From Octopus bimaculoides (taxonomy: Eukaryota): a stretch of DNA of 37,409 nt. Where the stretch lies: contig NC_068981.1 of the NCBI RefSeq assembly GCF_001194135.2, positions 66,098,054 to 66,135,462 on the forward strand, read 5' to 3'. Under the pieces are notes generated by a model. It did no database searches. It was not told the DNA's origin and saw only the letters and a program-made list of their open reading frames with translations. Position 1 is the stretch's first letter; the number at the start of each line of letters is the position of its first letter. Below, one piece after another: positions 22,385 through 33,557 of this stretch. A program made the translations under genes and the position numbers.

Positions 22385-22629
22385 CATACATATTGTAGTC
22401 TTCAGGAAATATTGAGAGAAATTTTTCTCAACTGAAAAAGGAAAATGTTAAGGCACTAATAGCTGACCTTCAAAACTAAAGACTCAACCAAAACACTGGC
22501 TGATATTGTCTGACAATTCTCTGACTTTACATTTGTGCCCCAGTACATGGTTCAAAGAAAAACAAAAGTGACAATAATCTCTCTCTCTCTCTCTCTCTCT
22601 CCCCCCCCCTCTCTCTCTCTCTCTGTATA

Positions 22630-23150
22630 TATGAGGATGGGCAGTGAAATGTCTTTGTGCCAAGTATTAGAAATAGATGCTCAAACATATTGTCCCCTAT
22701 CAATCTGTCATACCACACCTGCAGTGGCGACAACTTATAGAACCACACCATCATTGTGCAATGAGGAAGAAATAACAATTGTAGATGACAACTTACAAAC
22801 AGAAAAAGCATGAAAAGGTTAAAAGAAAAAATCACTAAAAAGAAAACTTAATCTAAAACTACAAATATCAGTGAAGAAGAACAATTTCTTTGAAACAACT
22901 ATGGTACCTCTCCGTAGGAAGAAAAAATGAAGAGGATGAAGAAAAACTAACGTTCACCATACTTTGAAAATAACACAAACAATCAATAGACAAAATTATA
23001 CATTTTTGGTTCCACATACTCTTCAAAGAAGTTATGACAGAAAAACAGATCAGAATATAAACAATATGCAAAAGATAAATTATTGATAAAATTAAAACTA
23101 AGATACTAAATAAGAACTTAAATAAGAATAACCTGAAGGACTTGGAGTTT
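22630..23150 (+). mobile_element. Possible decayed APE-endonuclease region of a LINE
   Basis: Weak motifs YRTTP..NEEEI..DDNLQ, GRKNEE..EKLTF and EKQI. Many stops. Confidence 0.25.
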
Positions 23151-23570
23151 TTCAATGTTTAAAAAATGCTTCCTGATGTATTTGATTGCACTTGTACACA
23201 ATTTGAGAAATGATAAGAACAGGGCTGTGGACTGCCCTGTGTTTCTTTTTACTTATATCTTGTTTTAATTATTGAGTGTTTTAACATACTTTTTTCGTAC
23301 AATATATGTATGTATTTGTATGTATCTATGTGTGTGTGTGTGTATGCAGTTGCGTGTGTGTGTGCAGTTGCGTGTGTGTGTGTGCAGTTGTGTGTGTGTA
23401 TGTGTGTGTGTGTGTGTGTTTGTGTGCACGTGTGTGTATGTATTTGAGGGAAAGAGGGAGTGTGTTTGTATATTTATGTATATATATATTTGTACATTTT
23501 AAAATCTTAATACAACCTTCCGTATATTGCATTACAACTCACCCTCTCTCTTTTGAAGTTGTATGTATAT

Positions 23571-24577
23571 CATCATCATCATCATCATCATCGTTTAACG
23601 TCCGCTTTCCATGCTAGCATGGGTTGGACGATTTGACTGAGGACTGGTGAAACCGGATGGCAACACCAGGCTCCAGTCTGATTTGGCAGAGTTTCTACAG
23701 CTGGATGCCCTTCCTAACGCCAACCACTCAGAGAGTGTAGTGGGTGCTTTTACGTGTCACCCGCNNNNNNNNNNNNNNNNNNNNNNNNNNNNNNNNNNNN
23801 NNNNNNNNNNNNNNNNNNNNNNNNNNNNNNNNNNNNNNNNNNNNNNNNNNNNNNNNNNNNNNNNNNNNNNNNNNNNNNNNNNNNNNNNNNNNNNNNNNNN
23901 NNNNNNNNNNNNNNNNNNNNNNNNNNNNNNNNNNNNNNNNNNNNNNNNNNNNNNNNNNNNNNNNNNNNNNNNNNNNNNNNNNNNNNNNNNNNNNNNNNNN
24001 NNNNNNNNNNNNNNNNNNNNNNNNNNNNNNNNNNNNNNNNNNNNNNNNNNNNNNNNNNNNNNNNNNNNNNNNNNNNNNNNNNNNNNNNNNNNNNNNNNNN
24101 NNNNNNNNNNNNNNNNNNNNNNNNNNNNNNNNNNNNNNNNNNNNNNNNNNNNNNNNNNNNNNNNNNNNNNNNNNNNNNNNNNNNNNNNNNNNNNNNNNNN
24201 NNNNNNNNNNNNNTGGCACTTTTTCACGCAGCTATCCTCCTCCATTCTTACCACATGTCCATACCAGCGCAATCGTCTCTCTTGCACGCCACAACTGATG
24301 CTTCTAATGTTCAGCTTTTCTCTCAAGATACTTACACTCTGACGGGTATTCACATTGACATTACACATCCAACGGAGCATACTGGCTTCATTCCTTGCGA
24401 GCTTACGTATGTCCTCAGCAGTTACAGCCCATGTTTCACTGCCATGTAGCATGGTTGTTCGTACGCATGCGTCATACAGTCTGCCTTTTACTCTGAGTGA
24501 GAGTCCCTTTGTCGCCAGCAGGGGTAAGAGCTCTCTAAACTTTGCCCAGGCTATTCTTATTCTAGGCTATTCTTATT
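23571..24577 (-). mobile_element. 5'-truncated RTE LINE (C-terminal ORF, gap, 3'UTR, (GAT)n)
   Basis: RIAWAKFRELLPLLATKGLSLRVKGRLYDACVRTTMLHGSETW...MLRWMC...RRLRWYGHVVRM, intact up to the gap. This links the recurring tail to an RTE ORF across the gap. Confidence 0.9.
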
Positions 24578-24871
24578 ATATATATATATATAAATATCTT
24601 TCAAACAGTTTTCTCTTTTTCCTTTTATAACACCTAATAAACGTTTTGTATGTTTTGTATTTCTTCAAACCCTTGTGGTTAATAATAGTTGAATATAAAA
24701 TGGGTAATCATCACTGGAATATCATAGTTTTTCTATAAGTCTTCTAAGTTAAGACTAATCTAGAAGTAAACAGCAACAACACATAAAAAAGTGGATCAAA
24801 TAATTTTGTTTAATTTAGTTTTTTACTTATTGTTTCTTATAGTAAATTATAAAGCTAATATTACATGCAGA

Positions 24872-25065
24872 ATAAGTGGCAACCTGGCAGAATAGTAAGC
24901 ATTCCAGGCAAAATGCTAGGTGGTGTTTTGTCCTTCGGGGTTGATAAAATAAATACCAGTTGAGCATTGGGGTTGATGTCATCAACTTACTCCCCCGCAC
25001 TCTGCCACATTAAAAAACAAACAAAAAAAAACTGCTGGCCTTGTGCCAAAAATTTGAAATCAGCA
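24872..25065 (+). mobile_element. SINE family B with internal deletion
   Basis: The head is joined directly to ccttcggggttgataaaataaatacc. The B box is missing. Confidence 0.65.
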
Positions 25066-25571
25066 TTACATGTGGGATGAAGCAGGGCTGATTTATTGAA
25101 TGCAGTACATTGGTGATGCTGATTCTACCTACTAACTCTGTCAAGCTAGAGGGATTTGAGTTACTGAGGGAATCTCTACATGATAGCTTCATTTGCTAAA
25201 AAAAAAAAAGGAAAATAGGCAGCCAAATATTTCTTAGATTGCATCTAACATCTTAACAAAGAAGGGAAACCACATTGGATAATGTAGTCCTAGATACAAT
25301 ATGCATTAAAGAAGATGAATTGTATCCAGCTGGAGCACCTTCAGTCATATTTCTTTGAACAGATCTGACATGGAGCTAAACAACAGCCATGTGGGGGGAT
25401 TAATGGCAAAATGAACCTTAGCTGTAATTTGAACACAGGAAATAAAAAGATGAAGATAAATATTGACAATGTAATTATTCTGCTACTTAACCAGTTGCAT
25501 CAAATTCAAATTACAGCTGTCATTTCCCTTCAGCCTGTTTGTTGATATTCGCATCAACCGCATTCCCTATA

Positions 25572-25609
<38 letters not shown>

Positions 25610-25666
25610 CACACACACATATATATGTATGTTTATATAGTGTCACCTGTGTATTACACTAAACGT

Positions 25667-26290
25667 ATATACATTGTTGAAAATCATGATACTGTGGTTT
25701 TGTTTGAGAGAAAATCTCTTCATAAGCTGAGGCAAACATTGTTGTAGTAATGACTCATGTGAATGACAGATATGTTTCACCCCACTTAGAACTTGTCAAT
25801 ACAATGCACCCATTTGTTACTTGCTCAGATAAAATTCATGTTTTGATATATATATATACATAATAAACAGTGAATAATACATTGAATGGTACTGCAGAAA
25901 GCTTGCTGAGCTGAAAAAATCCCCTTAGTGAAGGCAATTGAAACAGTATTTAAATGAAAATCATCATTTGTGTATCATACAAAATGAATATACACCACTG
26001 AAGGGTATGATGCTGTGGATTTTGTCTGAGAGAAAATCTCTTCTTAGTCATATTGTGTTAAAACATAATATATACTAGAGTGAAATGAATACTGTCACAG
26101 CAGTGACTCATGAAATCAACACAGGCATTTCACCCCACTTGCAGCTTGTCAATGTCATGTACCCATTTGTCATTTGCTAAGATGAAATGTGTGCTTTGAT
26201 ATATAAGAAACAGTGAAAAGTACATTCACTGGACTCCAGAAAGCTTGCTGGGCTGTAAAAGACTCATTGAGTGTAATTGAAATAACATTA
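25667..26290. repeat. Old tandem duplication, unit about 321 bp
   Basis: Shared ordered blocks gagagaaaatctcttc, tgactcatg, tttcaccccactt, cttgtcaat, acccatttgt, aaacagtgaa and agaaagcttgctg in 25667-25950 and 25988-26290. Confidence 0.75.
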
Positions 26291-26450
26291 TACACCGCAA
26301 AGTGGTTGGCATTAGGAAGGGCATCCAGCTATAGAAACCATGCCAAAACAAATACTGGTGTTTGGTATAGTTCTCTGGCTAGATAGCTTCTGTCAAACAA
26401 CCCAACTATACCAGCATGGAAAATGGATGTTAAAGGATGATGATGATGAT
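26291..26450 (+). mobile_element. RTE 3' tail, older subfamily
   Basis: agtggttggcattaggaagggcatccagct...catggaaaatggatgttaa(gat)n. Confidence 0.75.
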
Positions 26451-26979
26451 ATTATATATGTATATATAATTTTCTCTATCTGGCTGTCAGCCTATCTATC
26501 TAATTTTCTATGTTTTGCTAAGTAGAATATGATTTGCTGAGGTCTCCTTAGTAAATTATATTCTACTGCATATATTTTCAGCAGGTGTATTTAGAAACCA
26601 AATGCACTCCATTCTAAATTGTTTATCGTCTTGAAATTTTGATCAGCTGATTTTATGGGATTTTTCTAAATTGCTTGTTGCCTTTGCATCAAACACTCCC
26701 AGAGGGAAATTTTTATCTACTAACCACTTGGATGATCCCAGCTAATTGAAGTTATACCACTATATTATACATGTGAGACACTATCACATTAAATTGCGCA
26801 TTTGCTTGTTAATTAAGTCACAACACACACACAGACACACACACACAGACACACAGACACACACACACAGACACACACACACACACACACACACATACAT
26901 ACACATGCCTGTGCACACGCACTCACATATGAATATATAAACATGTATGCAAGCATACATGTGTTTGCACTTACGCACA

Positions 26980-27044
<65 letters not shown>

Positions 27045-27334
27045 GTGTGTGTGCACATATATATGTATATATACTGGTACACACACAAACACAACAGATG
27101 AATTGCAAAGTCCATGGATCTCCTAGTTTTCAGTTTCTCTCTTCCTTCCTTCCTTCCTTCCTTCTTTCTTTCATCCATTCATTCCTTCATTCTTTCCTTC
27201 CTTCATTCGTTCGTTTTTTTCATTTGTTTGTTTGTTTGTTTGTTTGCTTATCTCTTTATTTGCTGCCATTCAGGCGTGTTTGAAATTTAATTGCAAAACC
27301 GTTTTGCATCAAAAAAAAAGAAGTAGCTTATAAC

Positions 27335-27351
27335 GATTATTGTGGTGGTGG

Positions 27352-27401
<50 letters not shown>

Positions 27402-27575
27402 GCTATAGTTGTGATCGTTGTGGTGGAGGTGATAAAGGGATGGTGATAATGACTGTGGTGATAGCAAAAGGAGAAACGAGTAGTAGTAGTAGTAGTAGTA
27501 TGGTGCTGTTGGTGGTGGTGGAGGAGGAGGAGGAGGAGGGGGAGGAGGAGAAGGAAGAGGAGGAGGACGAGGAGT
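27335..27575. repeat. Compound trinucleotide microsatellite (GGT/GAT/GTA/GGA)
   Basis: Direct inspection. Confidence 0.9.
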
Positions 27576-27663
27576 GAAAGCTGGTGTGTAAGGATGGAAT
27601 GGAGCTGAAAAAACCTCACCCACATACAAACAGATACAAGTATGAAACCAGAAAAAGTTCATG

Positions 27664-27694
<31 letters not shown>

Positions 27695-27989
27695 TTAAAA
27701 CAGATTTTGCGTCTTTAAAACCATATGCTAACAAGTTTGATCACTGCTTACAGCCTAGTACTGAATTCATCCATCCTGAATGAACAAACAATTGTCTCCT
27801 TGAAACCTCTTTGCACATAATTAACATTCTAAGGTCTTTTTTTTTCTTTTTAATATTGTTAAATTTCATTTATTACAGCAAGTAACTGGACCCAATAAAC
27901 AGATACTTCAATGTAATAAGCACATCTTTATCATATTTACTTGTGTATATATATAGTGTATAGATCTTTTTTGCTTCATTTTTTTCTTT

Positions 27990-28200
27990 TCACTTGTTTT
28001 ACTCATTGGACTGCAACCATATTAGGGTACTGCCTTGGAGAGTTTAGGACAAATCACCTCCAGTACTTATTTTAAAATCTGATATTCATTTATCTCTTGC
28101 CAAAATGCTAAGTTACAGGGCTGTAAGCTTACCAAAACCAGTTATTAGTTGGTAGTGGTAATGTGGGGTGGGGTACAAACAAAATGGTATACACACATAC
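27990..28200 (-). mobile_element. SINE family A 3' half, old
   Basis: cttgttttactcattggactgcaaccat...gctaagttacaggg. Confidence 0.55.
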
Positions 28201-28217
28201 ATATATACATATACATT

Positions 28218-28613
28218 CATCATCATCATCATCGTTTAACGTCCGCTTTCCATGCTAGCATGGGTTGGACGATTTGACTGAGGACTGGTGAACCGGATGG
28301 CTGCACCAGGCTCCAATCTGATCTGGCAGAGTTTCTACAGCTGGATGCCCTTTCTAACACCAACCACTCCGAGAGTGTAGTGGGTGCTTTTATGTGCCAC
28401 CGGCATGAGGGCCAGTCCAGCAGCACTGGCAACGACCTCGCTCAAATGATTTTCTAACGTGCCACCAGCACAAGTACCAGTAAGGCGACGTTGGTAACGA
28501 TCACGCTCAAATGGTGGTATTTATGGGCCACTAGCATGGAAGCCAGACAGCTGCTCTAGCAATGATCATGCTCGGACAGTGCTGTTAGTGCTCCACTGGC
28601 ACAAGTGCCAGTC
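28218..28613 (-). mobile_element. RTE 3'UTR with about 3.5 tandem subunits
   Basis: Tail nearly identical to 23571-23764, followed by repeated gtgccacc.gca...gccag...ctggcaacga units. Confidence 0.9.
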
Positions 28614-28734
28614 ATCGAATATGGTTCAATTACGATTTTGACTTCATATATATATCTTCTGGCCCTTAACCATTAATCCTTACACATTTTTCTCTCTCTG
28701 TTTTTTTTTTCTCTCCCCTTGTTTCCTCTCAATC

Positions 28735-28860
28735 ATTTCTGTCAGAGAGCATAGACTCAAAATGTCAAAGGCTTTCCCATTCTTCCTGAGTGTCAAGCTA
28801 ATAGACCTGCTTGTTGTTCCTTCACCTGCCTTTGTCTTTTGTTTTCTGTAAATTCAGTCT
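28735..28860 (+). mobile_element. Short PLE-terminal-like repeat
   Basis: ctgtcagagagcatagactcaaaatgtcaaagg. Homologous to 3139-3270. Confidence 0.6.
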
Positions 28861-28930
28861 CTCTCTCTCTCTCTACTCTCTCTCTATGTATATATGTATA
28901 TATATATATATACATATAAAACAAATAATA

Positions 28931-29039
28931 GGGCCTGGCGCAGCCCTCTGATTTGCCAGCTCTTGTCAAACTGCCCAATCATCCATGCCAGCATGGAGAA
29001 CAGGTATAAATTGATGATGATGATGATGATGATGATGAT
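28931..29039 (+). mobile_element. Diverged RTE 3' tail
   Basis: catccatgccagcatggagaac...(gat)n. Confidence 0.55.
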
Positions 29040-29756
29040 ATATATATTTATATATGGGAGTGATATTTTTATAATTTTTATATATGTGTGTATTTATGTG
29101 TACATATATGTATTGTTGTAAAGTGGTCTTTTGTCACTGTTGTATCTGTCTTTTTGATGGAAGTTATCACTCTGACAGATATTGTTATATCCAGAAGTTG
29201 TTGACAGAATGGTTCTATCTGGCACTGTACGACCCCCAGTCATACAGTGTTATTATCCTCAAAAGATTTGATCGTTATATGTCCACTCAGTATCACAGTA
29301 TAATTACTATATCAGCACAGACACGACTATCTACATGTGCTCTTAACCTTCTGACTGGTTCTTGCGGACTAGCTACCGGTCTGTTTATAATGGCTGGCTA
29401 CTACCACTTTTTACCATGAGGGGTGTACAGTTTCACTATACACCATGTACATATTTATAAATATGGGAATGCACAAGCGTTCTTGCATAAGACAATTAAA
29501 AAATTAATCTATGGTGAATGCATTTTCTTGCAAAAATCCTGGGCTAATGCAAGACAGTTAACAATTAAGATATTCTTGTAAGTTACCTCCAGTGATCTGT
29601 GTATTTACTTCAAAATTCCATTCAGTCTTATGTAACCTCATGTATTCTCATCTAAAATGGAGATGGATGCCAACACTTTCATGTGGCATACTTGAATAAT
29701 TGCAACAAGCTTTTCACATGAAACCATTTGGTTGCTTTGCGAACCCACAAATAAAG

Positions 29757-29797
<41 letters not shown>

Positions 29798-29809
29798 TTG
29801 TAAGCTATG

Positions 29810-29850
<41 letters not shown>

Positions 29851-29851
29851 T

Positions 29852-30015
29852 TATGGGCTTCCACACAGTTTCCATCTACCAAATTCACTTATAAGGCATT
29901 GGTCGAACTGAGACTATGGTAGAAGATACTCACCCATGGTGCTGCACTGTGGGACTGAGTTTGAAGCCACCACATGGTAGAAAAGCAAGTTTCTTAACCA
30001 TACTGGCATGCTTAC
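29852..30015 (-). mobile_element. SINE family A head
   Basis: cagtttccatctaccaaattcact...agaagatactcaccc. Confidence 0.7.
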
Positions 30016-30016
30016 C

Positions 30017-30098
30017 CTGTTGTTGATGTTGAAATTCCAGTGAAGGAACCTTGGATCTATGTTAGAAATCGGTTCTTGAAATAAACTGAGTAATGACA
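30017..30098 (-). repeat. Unclassified dispersed repeat G
   Basis: gtcattactcagtttatttcaaga..tttctaacatagatccaaggttccttcactggaatttcaac. Matches the copies at 36198 and 36598. Confidence 0.65.
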
Positions 30099-30153
30099 TA
30101 CATACATACATACAAACATANNNNNNNNNNNNNNNNNNNNNNNNNNNNNNNNN

Positions 30154-30189
<36 letters not shown>

Positions 30190-30335
30190 TAAAGTTATAT
30201 ATATATATATAAAGTTAATATTATCCTCTTAAAGGGATGAATACATTCAAGAAAACACTGGTTCAATACCTTATGTCTTTTGGAAATAAAATTTCCCTAA
30301 ATCAATAGATACATATTAAGTATATAATCTGTATT

Positions 30336-30508
30336 AAATTAAGATAAGAAAATGGAGAGTGAGTGGTTAATATTTATTTATTAATAAATCGATAATCATT
30401 TCTTCCTGCAGCTGTAGGAAACAGCTGTACCCAAATTATAAGAAATGATTATCAATTTATTAGTAAATAAATATTAACCACTAACTCTCCATTTTCTTTT
30501 CTTAATTT
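30336..30508. repeat. Inverted repeat, 69-bp arms, 35-bp spacer
   Basis: 30336-30404 matches the reverse complement of 30440-30508 at 65/69. The spacer contains GAAACAGCTGTA. Confidence 0.9.
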
Positions 30509-30528
30509 TATATATATATATATATATA

Positions 30529-30777
30529 TCATCATGATGATCATCATCATCATTTAGTATCTGCTTTCCATGGTTAGATGGTTTGGCTGAAACTGGTAAG
30601 CTGGAGAGCTGCACCAGGTTCCAATCTGATTTGGCATGATTTCTTTTGCTGGATGCCCTTCCTAAAGCCAACCTCTCCAAGAGTGTGATGGGTGCCACCA
30701 ATATGGGTATCAATTATGTGACACCGGCATCAGCCAGAACTATGATTTCACTTAGCTTGATGAGTCTTCTCAAGCAT
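30529..30777 (-). mobile_element. Older RTE 3' tail
   Basis: ctgcaccaggttccaatctgatttggcatg...ctggatgcccttcctaaagccaacc. Confidence 0.7.
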
Positions 30778-30828
30778 CCCACTTGGCTTATATTCATTTA
30801 TTAATATATATATATACATAAATAGAGA

Positions 30829-30909
<81 letters not shown>

Positions 30910-31047
30910 GCATGTAACATGAATATAGATATATAATTGGAAGTTTGGGTTGATTTCACAATGAGTTGCAAATAATATAAAATCACATTCATTCTTGCAC
31001 CACAAAAAGCCAAATCTTCAATTTATCATGTTTTTCTCTATTTTCAG

Positions 31048-31143
31048 AGTTTGGTTGAGACAAATGATATCTCATAGGATGCAAAATGCAAAGTGGACAG
31101 TGGTGTTAGGAGAGACAACTCATTCAAGCGTTAATATTGCATG
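31048..31143 (+). CDS. Candidate internal coding exon of an unidentified host gene
   Basis: Strong acceptor tttttctctattttcag, donor TG|gtattt, 96 nt, symmetric phase 2, and one open frame (VWLRQMISHRMQNAKWTVVLGETTHSSVNIAW) in non-repetitive DNA. No homology recognised. Confidence 0.3.
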
Positions 31144-31552
31144 GTATTTGTGTTTGCCTTTTGCCCTATACTGATACAGAGATACATGTATACATAGAAT
31201 CTCTTTGAAAGTAAAACATGGAAGAGGATAAGCTATGACCAAATGCTTTGAAATTTTCAGCTTCTACAACCAAATTATAAACCCACATTTATACCAATAA
31301 TAATTGATGAACTTGATTTTGTGAAAAGCTAAGGTTTTCAGATAAAAAAATCAACCAGCTAACTTGCACAAAACAAAAACAGCTTGTAAGTGGCACAGTA
31401 AAAATATGCAAGACTTTTCTCAACTTAAAAATGTGAGATTGTTTTTGTTATCTATATTCCAATGATGGACATTTGTATCTTTGTTAGAAACAAGTGACTT
31501 TATATTAGAAGAATTCAAGTAATTAAAAACAGAAGATAGCATACATACATAA

Positions 31553-31601
<49 letters not shown>

Positions 31602-32063
31602 CAGACAGATACGCACACACACACACACACACACAAGCTTACAGATAAGCACACTTACAAGAGGGCTTTCATTTACAAAATATTGAACAACCCAAAGAGA
31701 ACTTCTAAAGAATACACCCATGCCTGTATCCACTCACAGATATTGATTTTATATTTTGGCAGAAAGAAAAAAAACAGCAGTTTCTCCTTTAAACTGTAAT
31801 TAAGAAGGATTGCAAGTAATAAATGGAGTTTATTGATTAGGAATAGGGAGCAAGTAAATTTCAAGATCTTGTCTTTGATGGCGTGAAAGTGCTAATAGTG
31901 ATAATCTATTTTATTATGCTATATTTTAATGAACATATTTTATCTATCTATCTATCTATCTGTCTGTCTGTATGTCTGTTTGTCTGCCTGCCTGCCTGCC
32001 TGCCTGCCTGTCTGTCTGTCTGTCCGTCCGTCCGTCTGTCCATTAAATGACGATGATATATAT

Positions 32064-32428
32064 CATCATCATCATCATCATCATCGTTTAACGTCTGCTT
32101 TCCATGCTAGCATGGGTTGGACGATTTGACTGAGGACTGGTGAAACCGGATGGCAACACCAGGCTCCAATCTGATTTGGCAGAGTTTCTACAGCTGGATG
32201 CCCTTCCTAACGCCAACCACTCAGAGAGTGTAGGGTGTGCTTTTACGTGTCACCTGCATGAAGGCCAGTCAGGCGGTACTGGCAACGGCCATGCTCAAAA
32301 TGGTGTATTTTATGTGCCACCTGCACAAGAGCCAGTCCAGGGTCACTGGCAACGAGCTCGCTCGAAAATCCTTACTCATGTCACGGGCACAAGTGCCAGA
32401 AAAGCGACGCTGGGCACAGGTGCTATCC

Positions 32429-32430
<2 letters not shown>
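32064..32430 (-). mobile_element. RTE 3'UTR with about 2.5 tandem subunits
   Basis: Same family as 28218-28613. The 5' end abuts (TA)n. Confidence 0.9.
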
Positions 32431-32485
<55 letters not shown>

Positions 32486-32919
32486 TATATAAAGCAATAT
32501 AAGCATATTCTCATTTCTAAGTTGAGATTTCAGTGCTCTAACCCACTACATCAGGGTCTTATGACTAATATGAGAAAACCTCAAATTCACAGTCCATAAA
32601 AATCTACTTTGCACAACGTTGAAAAACTGCAAAGGAAAGATATGGTCAAGTGAATGTGCCCCAGGACATGCCTGTTACTTATTTTATGCAAGTTATATTG
32701 AATATTTTCCAGATTTGCTATATTTTCACATTGTTGTTTAAAACTATGTCACCTGAAAAAGCAGATATTCTATATTTTGTTCTGGCATCAGGGACTACAT
32801 TATACAATGTGTTTTCCTTCGTATTTTTAAAATTGGTAAAAGGTGTGTTATAAGGGAGAATTTGCTGCTATTTCTAGTAGGTCAAGTGGCAATAAGTATT
32901 GAAACTCCTTTACCTTGTG

Positions 32920-33060
32920 CTACTTATTTTACCAGTGAGAGCCATGTTTAGTAAATAAGCACCAGGCATACGAGGATTTGAAATTAGAATGTAGAGGAAT
33001 GAAACTAAATACTGCCAGGCACTTACTTTGGCAGTCTACCATTTCTGTCATTCCACTGCT
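32920..33060 (-). mobile_element. SINE family B, old
   Basis: tacttattttacc...ggatttgaaattagaatgta. Confidence 0.45.
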
Positions 33061-33399
33061 TTACTCTATCTCATTTCTCATCTCAGAGTTATAGATATGT
33101 AAAAAAAACTAATTCAGAGAAAGAAATTCATGTATTATAAATGCGTGCATGCATGTGTGTGTGTGTGTGTGTGTGTATACACATACACACGCACACATAC
33201 ACATGCATATTCTAATTCTCTCTCTCTCTCTCCGTCTCTCCGTCTCTCCCTCTCCCCTCCCCCTCTCTTTCTATATATATTTCTTATTTAGGCATTGCAA
33301 GACTAATAACCTGGTGTAGAACTCAATATATGTATGTTTCAGAATGAAGTGTTAGATGAGTATAGAGCAGTAATAAGACAGTGAGAGATGACAAAGGAA

Positions 33400-33470
33400 T
33401 AAATGATTATCTTATGGATTTTGTTAGCTTACAGCTGTTTCATGCTATCCCATGCAGTGGACTCATAGTT
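33400..33470 (-). mobile_element. PLE-terminal-like relic with half hammerhead
   Basis: Minus strand reads ctatgagtcc...ggatagcat GAAAC AGCT GTA. Similar to the spacer and right arm at 30419-30460. Confidence 0.35.
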
Positions 33471-33557
33471 GAGTACCTGAATTACACCTTATAGCTTCAT
33501 TGGAGCCTCAAATACATACACACACACACACACACACACAAACACATACATTTATAT

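Noticed and set aside
23216-23250. ACAGGGC-N8-GCCCTGT hairpin followed by a T-run
   Set aside because: Bacterial terminators are irrelevant here, there is no CTRR for a Helitron end, and it is a single short hairpin.
27287-27734. Poly-His/Pro/Thr/Leu ORFs
   Set aside because: They come from a compound microsatellite with no splice or start context.
28218-28613. CRISPR-like repeat/spacer appearance of the hairpin units
   Set aside because: The context is a eukaryotic LINE UTR, repeats are degenerate, the variable loops are only about 10 nt, and no cas genes are present.
29084-29419. 111-codon + ORF in unique DNA
   Set aside because: It starts in TA/TG-rich sequence, has no recognisable motif, and has no convincing splice pair. 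BLASTP or RNA-seq would be needed to revive it.
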